DNA of 64,000 nucleotides. Source: Candidatus Delongbacteria bacterium (GTDB lineage: Bacteria; CAIWAD01). Every line of letters starts with the position of its first letter. Within the stretch, counting starts at the first letter, position 1. The notes below the pieces were generated by a model. It saw nothing but the letters and a program-made list of their open reading frames with translations, ran no database searches and had not been told where the DNA came from. The DNA is taken from the NCBI GenBank assembly GCA_020634015.1, contig JACKCN010000003.1, forward strand, positions 173,429 to 237,428, written 5' to 3'. Both the position numbers and the translations under genes were made by a program. Of this stretch, positions 21,453 through 32,465 are shown piece by piece.

Positions 21453-22284
21453 GCTGGTGGCAAGACAACAGCAGTTGTGCTCGCTGCCCGATGTGTACTA
21501 TCGGCTGCTGGATGTGATCCAACAGCCGGTCAGCTCCGCCGCGGCCATTTCCGAGGTTATCCAGACCGACCCCGGCCTGAGTGCGCGCCTGCTGAAACTG
21601 GTCAACAGCGCGTTCTACGGATTTCCTCGCAAGATCGACACGGTGTCCCGTGCGGTGACCCTGGTAGGCACACGCCAGCTCTCGGATCTGGCCCTGGCCA
21701 CCTCGGTGATCCGGGTCTTCGATGGAGTGCCCCAGAACCTGATCACCATGGAAAGTTTCTGGAAACACAGCCTGGCCACCGGGATCTGTGCCCGCATCAT
21801 TGCCGAGAACGGACTGGATGTGGACTCCGAGCGTCTGTTCGTCGCCGGCCTGCTGCACGATGTGGGCCGACTGGTGATGTGTCTCGCCGAACCCGCGGAC
21901 ATGACCCGTGCACTGGAGCAGAGCCGCTCGCGCGAAGAATTGCTGTTTCAGAGCGAGAAGGACATTTTCGGTTTCACGCACGCCGATGTGGGTGCCTGCC
22001 TGATGGAACAGTGGCACTTGCCTCCGGCCCTGGTCGAAGCCGTGCGCTGGCATCATCGGCCCTCCGCGGCCGACGAGCATCAGGAGCTGGCGGCTGTGGT
22101 ACACCTGGCCGATGTGATCATCAACAGCCTGCGCATCGGCAGCAGCGGGTCGGGCTTCGTGCCCCCCGTCTGGACTCGTGCCTGGCAGATCGCCGAGCTG
22201 GAACTGACCGACATCGACTCGCTCATCGAGCAGACCCGGCGAATCTTCAGCGACGTGCAGCCCGTGTTTCTGCAGGCCGCCTGA
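21433..22284 (+). CDS. HDOD domain-containing signalling protein
   Basis: 'LPDVYYRLLDVIQQPVSSAAAISEVIQTDPGLSARLLKLVNSAFYGFPRKIDTVSRAVTLVG' is the canonical HDOD signature. There is a later degenerate HD-like region. Confidence 0.8.
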   Translation: MVSSAAELVARQQQLCSLPDVYYRLLDVIQQPVSSAAAISEVIQTDPGLSARLLKLVNSAFYGFPRKIDTVSRAVTLVGTRQLSDLALATSVIRVFDGVPQNLITMESFWKHSLATGICARIIAENGLDVDSERLFVAGLLHDVGRLVMCLAEPADMTRALEQSRSREELLFQSEKDIFGFTHADVGACLMEQWHLPPALVEAVRWHHRPSAADEHQELAAVVHLADVIINSLRIGSSGSGFVPPVWTRAWQIAELELTDIDSLIEQTRRIFSDVQPVFLQAA

Positions 22285-22319
22285 CACCTTGCCCCCCACG
22301 AATCCCTCCCCATTGCCGG

Positions 22320-22343
22320 CCGGCCGCTTCATGAAGCGGCCGG
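22320..22343. terminator. perfect 24-bp palindrome, candidate terminator or operator
   Basis: CCGGCCGCTTCA|TGAAGCGGCCGG, 36 nt downstream of the HDOD stop and 124 nt upstream of the transporter start. No U-tract. Confidence 0.35.
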
Positions 22344-22466
22344 TCCCGTCAGATGGGGCTTGGTCACTTTCCTGCTTAAACTGCTGTCCGCACACTTTAT
22401 CTTGAGCTCCTTGTCGCCCGTTCCGGTTCGCATCCGCATCCCACCAACCCAGCCCATGGAGAGCTC

Positions 22467-24143
22467 ATGAGCGATTCACAGTCCGCACAGGGGACCGCCG
22501 TTCCAGGCGGACAACAAGCATCCGACAATCACGACCCCCTCGATCCGGAGAAAGCCCGCGGACTCAGGGCCCTGAAACGGGTATTCGCTCTCGAGTACGT
22601 GCTGCAGGGCCTGGCCAATCCCTTTCAGGGCATCACCTATCAGCCCTTCTTCCGGCACTTCACGGTGGACTATGGATTGAGTCCGGCGGCCACCCAGCTG
22701 TATTTCTCCCAGTCCTACCTGGCCTGGAGCTTCAAGCCGATCATTGGTTTCCTGATTGACGCCTGGGGTCGCACACGCGTGATCCTGCTCAGCCTGCTGA
22801 CCATGGCCGTGGCCGGTTATCTGCTGACTCCCCTGGTGGACCTGAGCGCCCAGCTCTTCTTCTATTTCATGTTCCTGCTCTCTGTGGTGCTGGCCGCCAC
22901 CGATGTGGCCGTGGACCGTGCCACCGTGGTGGCCGGCGAGGAAGAAGCCCAGGCCACCGGCCGCAGCCGCGCCTCGACCGTGGGTCTCAACCAGGCCATC
23001 TGCTGGACCGCGATCTACGGCACCGGGATTCTGGCCGCCGTGTCCGGTGGCTGGATCGCCGACCACGTGCAGTTCCACTGGCTGATGCTCGGGCTGGCGA
23101 TCGTGCCCCTGGCCGTGCTCGCCGCGGTGTGGTTCCTGCCCAGAGACAAGGCGGTGCCGATTCCCCTGGGCCATTCGATCAACAACTTCTGGGAAGGGCT
23201 GAACACAGGGCCCGTGCTGTGGATCATCGTGTTCTATTTTCTCTTCCACTTCCAGCCGGCCATGGGTGCGCTCTGGACCAATTACCTGCTGGACTCCCTG
23301 CACTTCACGCAGACCGAAGCGGGCATCGGCGACGGGGCCAGCAATCTGGGGCTGTTCCTGGGTGTCATCATCTTCGCCTGGCTGGGTGTGCGCTGGCAGG
23401 ACCGGATGGGGCTCAAGAACCTGTTCAAGATCTACATCCTGCTCAGCATCGTGATCAACCTGACCCAGTATCTGGTGGTGGACCCCTGGTTCAGCCGGAT
23501 CACGGGCGGCCTGCATACCATGCTGCCCTTCCTGCCGGAAAGCAGCGTGCGCCTGGGCTACATGTGTGTCTACAATTTCGTGCTGGCCACGGTGACCGGC
23601 CTGATCCGGATGAGTACCTTCAGCCTGGTGGGTGCGGTGATCCCGGTTGCCGCGGCGGGCAGTCTTTTCGCCGGATTCATGAGCGTGGCCAATCTGGCCT
23701 ATTCCTTCTCCTATTCCAGCGGCGCCTGGCTGTACGACAACGGGTTGGCGCTGGGTTTCATGCGTGTGATCCAGGAAAGTGTCTTTGACCTTCCGGCCCG
23801 ATCAGGAGCCCCCCTGTCGATCCAGATGCTGATTCTGATCGGCTCGCTGGCCTACCTGCTCAGTTTCTTCGCGGCGCACATGTTGCCCGACCTGAAACGC
23901 ACGGTCAGCGGACACGTGGAGGACGCCGGGGACATCGGAGCCGCACAGCACCGCCAGCTCGATGCCAACCTGCGCACCGTGGTGAATTCGCTGTCGCTGC
24001 TGTCCGGGCTGGCCGGCTTCCTCTGGGGCTGGAAACTGCTTGGTCTCAATCCCATTTCCGCAGCCCTGATGAGTTTCTTCCTGATCACCTTCCTGCGCAA
24101 GCTGGTGCTCGACTCGGCCTGGAAACGCGCCCGGAACGCCTGA
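22467..24143 (+). CDS. MFS-type transporter, folate-biopterin (BT1)-like family
   Basis: 12 or more TM helices. N-terminal 'FALEYVLQGLANPFQGITYQPFF...YLAWSFKPIIGFLIDAWG' resembles BT1/PucC-type permeases. Confidence 0.55.
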   Translation: MSDSQSAQGTAVPGGQQASDNHDPLDPEKARGLRALKRVFALEYVLQGLANPFQGITYQPFFRHFTVDYGLSPAATQLYFSQSYLAWSFKPIIGFLIDAWGRTRVILLSLLTMAVAGYLLTPLVDLSAQLFFYFMFLLSVVLAATDVAVDRATVVAGEEEAQATGRSRASTVGLNQAICWTAIYGTGILAAVSGGWIADHVQFHWLMLGLAIVPLAVLAAVWFLPRDKAVPIPLGHSINNFWEGLNTGPVLWIIVFYFLFHFQPAMGALWTNYLLDSLHFTQTEAGIGDGASNLGLFLGVIIFAWLGVRWQDRMGLKNLFKIYILLSIVINLTQYLVVDPWFSRITGGLHTMLPFLPESSVRLGYMCVYNFVLATVTGLIRMSTFSLVGAVIPVAAAGSLFAGFMSVANLAYSFSYSSGAWLYDNGLALGFMRVIQESVFDLPARSGAPLSIQMLILIGSLAYLLSFFAAHMLPDLKRTVSGHVEDAGDIGAAQHRQLDANLRTVVNSLSLLSGLAGFLWGWKLLGLNPISAALMSFFLITFLRKLVLDSAWKRARNA

Positions 24144-24362
24144 AACGACTCGACGGACATGCGATGATCACAAGGCGCGGGGCTTGCCCCGCGCCTTCGC
24201 TTTTTCGGTCAATCCGGGGAGATTCCTCGCCCGCAGCCGCCAACCTTCTTCCTGGAGATGCTGCGGCGTCCCGCGGCATGATCATTGTCATGATTGTCCG
24301 CTCCCGATTGCCATTCCTTGGGCCTTCGTTCTTCAGTCCAACCCCACAACAATGGAACGGCC

Positions 24363-25577
24363 ATGAGCATCAGTCAACTGGCGCGGAGCATTTCAGCTCC
24401 CCCGACCCTGGTCATGAATGAGAAAGCGCGCGTGCTGCGGGAAGCCGGCCAGCCCCTGATCAACCTCAGTTCGGGCGAACCCATGAGCAAGACGCCCATC
24501 GACGCCGTGCGCGCGGCGTCGGCCCAGCTGGTGTCCGCCGACATCCGCTACACCCCCACCGACGGGACTCCCGCGCTCAAGCGTGCGATCCTGCGCTACA
24601 CCGAGGACAACTACGGCCTGGTGCTGGCCCCCGAGAACGTGGTGGTCAGCGCGGGTGCCAAGCAGAGTCTGGCCGGGATCCTGGCCACCCTGCTGGATCC
24701 CCAGGACGAAGTGGTGATTCTGGCCCCCTACTGGGTCAGCTATCCCGAGCTGGTGAAGATGTATTACGCCAAGCCGGTGATCGTGCATCCCGAGGACGGG
24801 CGCTTTCACCCGCGCATGCAGGAAATCATGGCCAGCGTCACGGGTTACACCAAGGCGCTGATCGTGAACAGCCCCAACAATCCCTCGGGGGCCGTCTACT
24901 CGGCGGAATTCATTCAGGAGCTGGTGGAGTTCTGCGAGAAGATGGGCATCTGGCTGATCGTGGACGACATCTACCACAAGCTGGTCTTCGACGGACATCC
25001 CTGGACGCCCGCCAACCGTTTCGCGAAGAAGAGCTTCGACGACGGTCGCATGATCATCGTGAACGGTGTGTCCAAGCTCTACGGCATGACCGGTTTCCGC
25101 ATCGGCTGGAGCCTGCTGCCGCGCAAGGTCCAGGACGTGATGGTGAACGTGCAGGCCCAGACCGCGAGCTGCGCCTCGGCCCTCTCGCAGGCGGGAGCCG
25201 TGGGAGCTCTCAACGGTCTGCAGGGGTCCATCGAGAACCTGCGTCTCAGCCTGCAGAACACCTCGCGTGTGATGAACCGCGAGCTGCAGGCCTTCAAGAA
25301 TGTGATCCTGCAGGAACCGGAAGGCACGTTCTATTGCCTGGCGGACTTCAGCGCCTACGAGAAGGATTCGGTGAAACTGGCCGAACTCCTGCTGGACAAG
25401 GTGATGGTGGTCACGGTCCCCGGCGTGAGCTTCGGTGCCGAAGGGCATCTGCGGCTTTCGACCTGTGGCACGGTGAAACAGATCATGGAAGGAATCGCAC
25501 GCATCAAGTGGGTGCTGGATCCCGATTCCCCCAACGAGATCTTCATCGGCGACCGCAAGCTCGTGCGCAACTGGTAA
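24363..25577 (+). CDS. pyridoxal-phosphate-dependent aminotransferase (class I, aspartate aminotransferase-like)
   Basis: 'INLSSGEP', 'IVNSPNNPSGAVY' and the PLP-lysine context 'NGVSKLYGMTGFRIGW'. Start reassigned to MSISQLA inside track ORF 24294..25577. Confidence 0.85.
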   Translation: MSISQLARSISAPPTLVMNEKARVLREAGQPLINLSSGEPMSKTPIDAVRAASAQLVSADIRYTPTDGTPALKRAILRYTEDNYGLVLAPENVVVSAGAKQSLAGILATLLDPQDEVVILAPYWVSYPELVKMYYAKPVIVHPEDGRFHPRMQEIMASVTGYTKALIVNSPNNPSGAVYSAEFIQELVEFCEKMGIWLIVDDIYHKLVFDGHPWTPANRFAKKSFDDGRMIIVNGVSKLYGMTGFRIGWSLLPRKVQDVMVNVQAQTASCASALSQAGAVGALNGLQGSIENLRLSLQNTSRVMNRELQAFKNVILQEPEGTFYCLADFSAYEKDSVKLAELLLDKVMVVTVPGVSFGAEGHLRLSTCGTVKQIMEGIARIKWVLDPDSPNEIFIGDRKLVRNW

Positions 25578-25591
25578 CCAGGAACACTCCC

Positions 25592-27241
<1,650 letters not shown>

Positions 27242-27278
27242 GGACACTGCAGAACCTTACCTGGCACACTGATCATGA

Positions 27279-27306
27279 CACGCGCGGCTTCGGCCGCGCG
27301 TTCTCT
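27279..27306 (+). terminator. rho-independent terminator after pckA
   Basis: ACGCGCGGC-ttcg-GCCGCGCGT hairpin followed by TCTCTT. Confidence 0.5.
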
Positions 27307-27552
27307 TGGGCGGTACCGGTCATGCCGTGTGGGATAGGTTTCGCATTGGCACGCCCCGAGACGCGCATCCAGGCCCGATCACATCCATCTGCCCGGCCGC
27401 CCCATGTCGGGCAGCTTTGGGGACTGCCGTCATCAATGCCCCTGCATTGCCATCTTGAACGCCACTTGCACGGGCCCATTCAAACCCCTCGTCCCAGTCT
27501 GGCGTGACCGCTGTCAGGGCCGTTCTGACATTGCGAACCGGGAGACCGCAGC

Positions 27553-30500
27553 ATGATCCAGCAACTTCTCCGACATGGACTCTGGCTCAGTTGTCTGGTG
27601 TGGGTGACGAGTGCGTTCGGCCAGTCACCGGCCGATGCATCGGCCCCGGCGGAGTCCCTGGCGCACTCGGGACCGGCGGACGTGGTCGTCAGTCCGGCGG
27701 ACAGCAGTGCCATGCGTGTCTTCGTGGACACGACGGATGTCCAGATCCTCCATGCCACCTCGCAGCGGATCCGTGATCTGCTGGGGGATACGCTGCAGGC
27801 CGAAGTCATTCCGGCCGACCTGTTCGACCTGCCGCTGGACGACGACGCGGCGATCCGGGTGGAAGTCGAGCGTCTCGGTGCCGTGCTCGGGGAACAAGGG
27901 CCTGTGCCGGGCGGGCGTCCGGCGACACACGCGCGCGATGGCGAAACCCATTCTCAACAAGGTGACACGTCGGACTCCCTGCAGGCCGGGGCCGATTCTC
28001 TGCTGCTTGCGGCGCGCCTGGGTCTGGATCGCGCCCGTCTGGATTTCTATTCGCTGCCCAAAGCACGGCGCGACAGCCTGGTGCAGAAGCAGACCCAGCG
28101 CTGGCGTGAGACGGCGGGAGCCCGCCAGGCAGCCGAACTGGATCAGGCCGAAAAGCGCCAGCGTGATGCATTGGCCGAGCGCCAGCGCAGCATCGAAGAA
28201 GCGGCCCACGCCCGCACCGAGGCCGAGCGCCTGATCAATGAAGAACAGGCGCGCCTGCTGGGCATCCAGGCCGAACAGGCAAGCGTGAGCGCCGACATGC
28301 TGCGGGCTCGCCAGGCACTGGCTCTGGGCGGCGAACTCAGCCTCTCGTATCACCGGCGGATCCGTGAGTTGCAGGATGCGGGCCAGATTGCCGATTCGGC
28401 CGATGGTCTGTACGACGAACTGCGCCAGCACCTGCGGACGTCGCGTGACCAGTTGGCCCGTGCCATTTCCATGGTCGCAGCGCCCAGTGTGGTTCCCACC
28501 GCTGGCGAGGATCCACTGGGCAGCCTGATGTCCGGCGTGGATCGCACGGCCATTGATCGCATCCGTCTGGAAATCGACGCCACCAGCGTGCAGTTGCGCC
28601 TGCGTGAGCGGCGCCTGCGTCTGGATCAGGCCGGCCAACTGTACGATGACGTGCGCGCCCTGAATGCCGACCGCCTGAAACTGCTGGGCTTCCTCAGTTC
28701 CGAGCGCCGGGGCCGGATCATCCACTTCGGCGCGGACGGCCTGGACCAGGCTCTCGCCGAAGTTCGCCAGGTCAGCCTGGTGCTGAGCTACCATCTGATG
28801 GTCAGCCGCAACTGGATCACGACTCTGGGCAGTTCCAGCTCGACTCTGGGTTGGTCGGCGGTCACTTTCGGCATGGTGTTGCTGAAGTGGATCTTCACCC
28901 TTGGGCTGTTTCTCTGGTGGCGCAAGCGCGGGGATGAGTTGCTGCAGCAGTGGCGCGAGCGGATCCGCGAGGAGGATCGGCGCCAGCGGGCGGTGTTGCC
29001 CAGCCGCCTGATCATCGTGCTGGACTCGCTGCGCCAGATCCGTGGACCGCTGGACTGGTTGTTGCTGGTGATCCTGCTGGTCTGGGCCCTGCCCACCGAG
29101 ACGGCGGCGCAACTTGAAGTGCGTCTGTTGGCCACGGTTCTCTTCTGGGCCTTCGGCGGAGCTCTGGCCGTGGATGTGATCAACACCATCGCCAGTCATC
29201 AGGAACAGACCCGTCCGCTGGGCGCGCTTTCGCCCCATGGAACACTGCGCCTGCGTTCGCTGCGTCTGGTGGGACGCACGGTGGTGGTCTTCGGACTGAT
29301 CCTGGTGCTCAGCATCCAGCTGGTGGGACGTGGGACCATTTACAACTGGGTCTTCTCGATCTGCTGGTTCGCGGCGATTCCCGTGGCGCTGGTGATCCTG
29401 CGCTGGTGGCGCGTGGTGATTCTGGAACGCATCGACGCCAACCGCAAGAAACGCCCGCTCGAGCGCTGGGTGTTGCAGAACCGCAGCGGCTGGAAAAGTT
29501 TCCCCGCCGTGGCCGCGGGAGGTGTCTACCTGTTCACGCGCGGTGCGCTGCGCATCCTGCGCAACCGGGTCAGTCGCTTCAATCTGACTCGCCGCACCCT
29601 GGCCTGGCTTTTCCGGCGCGGCATGGATCGTCTGGCCGACGAGAAGTCCGGACTGCAATTCGCCGAGCTGCCGGCGAGCGTCTTCAGCATCATGGGGCCC
29701 GAGCATCAGTCCGCGAACGATGTCAGTGGCGAAGGGGATGCCCAGGTCCAGCGTGTGCTGGAACGGATCCGGCGCACGGGCGGGGGAGTCTTCGCCGTGG
29801 TGGGCGAACGCGGTGGTGGCAAGTCCGCCGTGTTGCACCGGGTGCAGGAGCTGCATCCCGACACACTCCTGCTGGATTGTCCCGTGACCGGTCCCGAAGG
29901 GCTGCGCCAGGCCTTTGCGTCTCGCCTGGCCCTGGACGCGAACAGCACGCTGGAAACCTGTGCGGCCGCCCTGAACCAACCGGAACGGGATCCGGCTCTG
30001 CTGATCGACAACGCGCACCTGCTGATCCAGCCCATGATGGGCGGTCTGACCCAGTTCGATCACATCGTGGACGTGGCCCGCCACAACAGCACCCAGTGCG
30101 CCTGGTTCTTTGCCATGGACGAAGTGATCTGGCGCTTTCTGGTGCGTGCGCGTGGCTCCCGTCCGCTCTTCGATGATGTGATCATGCTCGGTTCCTGGCG
30201 CGAAGAGGACATTTCCAATCTGCTTGTCACACGCAGCAGGGAGGCGGGCATCGAGCCGGACTTCGAGCACATGCTGGAGCCGCTGCCCACCGATGCCGAC
30301 GAGTACGATCGTGAAGAAGCCCTCGCCCGTGCATCCGCGGGCTACTATCGCCTGCTCTGGGATTACTCCTCGGGCAACCCGGGAGTCGCCCTGCACATGT
30401 GGCGGCGTTCGCTGGGCGTTGGCGAGGATGGCCGGGTGTTCGTGAAACTCTTCCAGGCCCCGGACACCCGGGAACTGGAACAGCTGCCCGATCCGGCGGT

Positions 30501-30717
30501 CTTCGTGCTGCGGGCCGTGATCCAGATGGAACCCGTGCGCGTCGAGGATGTGGTGCGCGCGACGATGCTTGGGCTGTCCCAGGTCGAGAATGCGTTGCGT
30601 TACGGGCTGGCGCGCGGGTACTTCCTGCGGGAAGGCGAGCGCTACCGGGTGTCCTGGGCCTGGTTCCGGGCGATCACCCGATTCCTCCAGCGACGTCACC
30701 TGCTGGCCAGTCATTGA
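27553..30717 (+). CDS. large MscK-like membrane protein with C-terminal cytoplasmic P-loop NTPase domain
   Basis: From the N-terminus: signal peptide; ~400 aa of periplasmic Arg/Glu/Gln-rich coiled coil; ~8-10 TM helices (aa ~420-640); then a cytoplasmic domain with Walker A 'VVGERGGGKSAV' and Walker B-like 'ALLIDNAHLL'. A stand-alone MscS gene follows 22 nt downstream. Confidence 0.7.
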   Translation: MIQQLLRHGLWLSCLVWVTSAFGQSPADASAPAESLAHSGPADVVVSPADSSAMRVFVDTTDVQILHATSQRIRDLLGDTLQAEVIPADLFDLPLDDDAAIRVEVERLGAVLGEQGPVPGGRPATHARDGETHSQQGDTSDSLQAGADSLLLAARLGLDRARLDFYSLPKARRDSLVQKQTQRWRETAGARQAAELDQAEKRQRDALAERQRSIEEAAHARTEAERLINEEQARLLGIQAEQASVSADMLRARQALALGGELSLSYHRRIRELQDAGQIADSADGLYDELRQHLRTSRDQLARAISMVAAPSVVPTAGEDPLGSLMSGVDRTAIDRIRLEIDATSVQLRLRERRLRLDQAGQLYDDVRALNADRLKLLGFLSSERRGRIIHFGADGLDQALAEVRQVSLVLSYHLMVSRNWITTLGSSSSTLGWSAVTFGMVLLKWIFTLGLFLWWRKRGDELLQQWRERIREEDRRQRAVLPSRLIIVLDSLRQIRGPLDWLLLVILLVWALPTETAAQLEVRLLATVLFWAFGGALAVDVINTIASHQEQTRPLGALSPHGTLRLRSLRLVGRTVVVFGLILVLSIQLVGRGTIYNWVFSICWFAAIPVALVILRWWRVVILERIDANRKKRPLERWVLQNRSGWKSFPAVAAGGVYLFTRGALRILRNRVSRFNLTRRTLAWLFRRGMDRLADEKSGLQFAELPASVFSIMGPEHQSANDVSGEGDAQVQRVLERIRRTGGGVFAVVGERGGGKSAVLHRVQELHPDTLLLDCPVTGPEGLRQAFASRLALDANSTLETCAAALNQPERDPALLIDNAHLLIQPMMGGLTQFDHIVDVARHNSTQCAWFFAMDEVIWRFLVRARGSRPLFDDVIMLGSWREEDISNLLVTRSREAGIEPDFEHMLEPLPTDADEYDREEALARASAGYYRLLWDYSSGNPGVALHMWRRSLGVGEDGRVFVKLFQAPDTRELEQLPDPAVFVLRAVIQMEPVRVEDVVRATMLGLSQVENALRYGLARGYFLREGERYRVSWAWFRAITRFLQRRHLLASH

Positions 30718-30739
30718 AGCTCCGGGAGGAGACCCCCTC

Positions 30740-31639
30740 ATGAACCGTCGTTGGCCCACACGCATCGGTATCACACTGCTGATCGCCCTGCCGCTGGTTG
30801 CCACCGCCCAGACGCAGGATGCACCGGATCTGGGGCAGCTGGCGAACTTCATCCGCTGGGGCGGCGTGACCCTGTCCATTCTGGTGCTGATGGGAGCAGC
30901 CATCCTGCGCCGCATCGTGGGCGACCTGGCCGAGCGGCTCAGCCGCAGCTTCACCAACCGGCGTCCCACGATCCAGAAAGTGGAGTCGGCCACCAGTTTC
31001 CTGATCTACATCGTGGCGGCCGCGCTCTGTGTGAGTCTGAGCATCAGGCTGGACAAGACGGCCATGACCGTGATCGGAGGCGCGCTGGCCTTTGCCGTGG
31101 GCTTCGCGATGCGCGATCTGGTGGCGGCCTTCATCGCGGGCATCACCATCATGTTCGACCGGCCCTTCCAGGTGGGTGACCGCATTTCCTATGCCGGCGA
31201 GTATGGCGATGTGGTCAAGATCGGCCTGCGCAGCGTGCAGATGAATACGCTGGATCACAACATCGTGACCATTCCCAACAACAAGATCCTGACCGATGTC
31301 ACGGCCAGCGGCAACTATGGCGCGCTGGAGATGCAGGTGCCCATGAACTTCTGGATCGGCATCGGCCAGGACAACGAGCGCGCCTGCGAGATCATCCGCG
31401 AGGCCTGTCTCACCAGTTCCTATGTGCATCTGGACAAGGATGTGCCCGTGATGGCGCGCCAGGTCATCCTGGACAGTTATGTGGCCCTGCAGCTGACGGC
31501 GCGGCCCTATGTCTTCGACTGCCGCTACGAGAAGGCTTTCGAGACCGATGTGCAGTTCCGCGTGATGAAGGCTTTCGCCGAGCAGGGCATTCAGCCTCCG
31601 GCGATCCTGCACCGCACGCTGGGCCAGACCCGGACCTGA
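30740..31639 (+). CDS. mscS: small-conductance mechanosensitive channel MscS
   Basis: Three TM helices and the conserved pore/beta-domain 'ITIMFDRPFQVGDRISYAGEYGDVVKIGLRSVQMNTLDHNIVTIPN'. GGGAGGA RBS. The start is the in-frame ATG inside track ORF 30548..31639. Confidence 0.85.
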   Translation: MNRRWPTRIGITLLIALPLVATAQTQDAPDLGQLANFIRWGGVTLSILVLMGAAILRRIVGDLAERLSRSFTNRRPTIQKVESATSFLIYIVAAALCVSLSIRLDKTAMTVIGGALAFAVGFAMRDLVAAFIAGITIMFDRPFQVGDRISYAGEYGDVVKIGLRSVQMNTLDHNIVTIPNNKILTDVTASGNYGALEMQVPMNFWIGIGQDNERACEIIREACLTSSYVHLDKDVPVMARQVILDSYVALQLTARPYVFDCRYEKAFETDVQFRVMKAFAEQGIQPPAILHRTLGQTRT

Positions 31640-31741
31640 GTCACAGTTCCCGGGCTCTGAGTACATTTCTGCCGGCACTGACTCACACCAGCAACCTTCC
31701 GATGCCAACGATGGGACCTGGGCCACCGCCGTGATTTCTGC

Positions 31742-32143
31742 GTGGAGGAGACGCACCTGGTACGCAATCCACTCATTCGCGGGCTGCTGATCGCAGCCGG
31801 TATCCTGTCCGTGGCCCTGGGCCTGATCGGAGTGGTGGTGCCCGTGCTGCCCACCACGCCCTTTCTGCTGCTGGCGGCCGCCTGTTTCGTGCGCAGCAGT
31901 CCGCGCCTGCATCACTGGTTGCTGCACAACCGCTTCTTCGGCGAAGTGCTGCGGCGTTACCGGGCGGGAGAAGGACTCTCGCTGGCGCACAAGGTGGTCT
32001 CGCTCTCGCTGTTGTGGGTCATGCTGGCTGTGTCCATCGTCCGGCACATTCCACCCCACATGTTCTGGGTGAAGCTCCTGCTGCTGGGCATCGGTGTGGC
32101 GGTCACTCAGCATCTGCTGCGTCTGCCCACGCGCAAGTCCTGA
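31742..32143 (+). CDS. ybaN: DUF454 inner-membrane protein (YbaN family)
   Basis: 'GVVVPVLPTTPFLLLAAACFVRSSPRLHHWLL' closely matches the E. coli YbaN pattern. Confidence 0.7.
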   Translation: MEETHLVRNPLIRGLLIAAGILSVALGLIGVVVPVLPTTPFLLLAAACFVRSSPRLHHWLLHNRFFGEVLRRYRAGEGLSLAHKVVSLSLLWVMLAVSIVRHIPPHMFWVKLLLLGIGVAVTQHLLRLPTRKS

Positions 32144-32465
32144 GGCTGGGCACCGCAGTACGCCAGCCCGCACTCTCCATCCCCCGGATATCTTTGCCCG
32201 CCGAGGCTCGCCCCTGGGATCCCGCTGCCCGCCCACAGCTTGGAAATCCGGCCTCTCCTCGTGTCCCGCAACTGGAACGGCGCCCTGAGATGATCCTGCC
32301 GGCAGCAGGCAGTGCTTGCGGCGCTGACGCGGGAGCGGGAGCTTGTGTGTCACCCACGGCCTGCAGCCGATTCCCCTTCCCGGGACCTCGTGGCGTGGAC
32401 CACCGGTCGGGCCATCCGATCCGCCGCGAACCGTTCGCGGCAGGAGTGGCCCCGGGAGAGCCGCC

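Noticed and set aside
25334-25591. Upstream extension of pckA (track ORF starts at 25334)
   Set aside because: It overlaps the aminotransferase 3' end. PEPCK similarity starts at MINYLK (25592).
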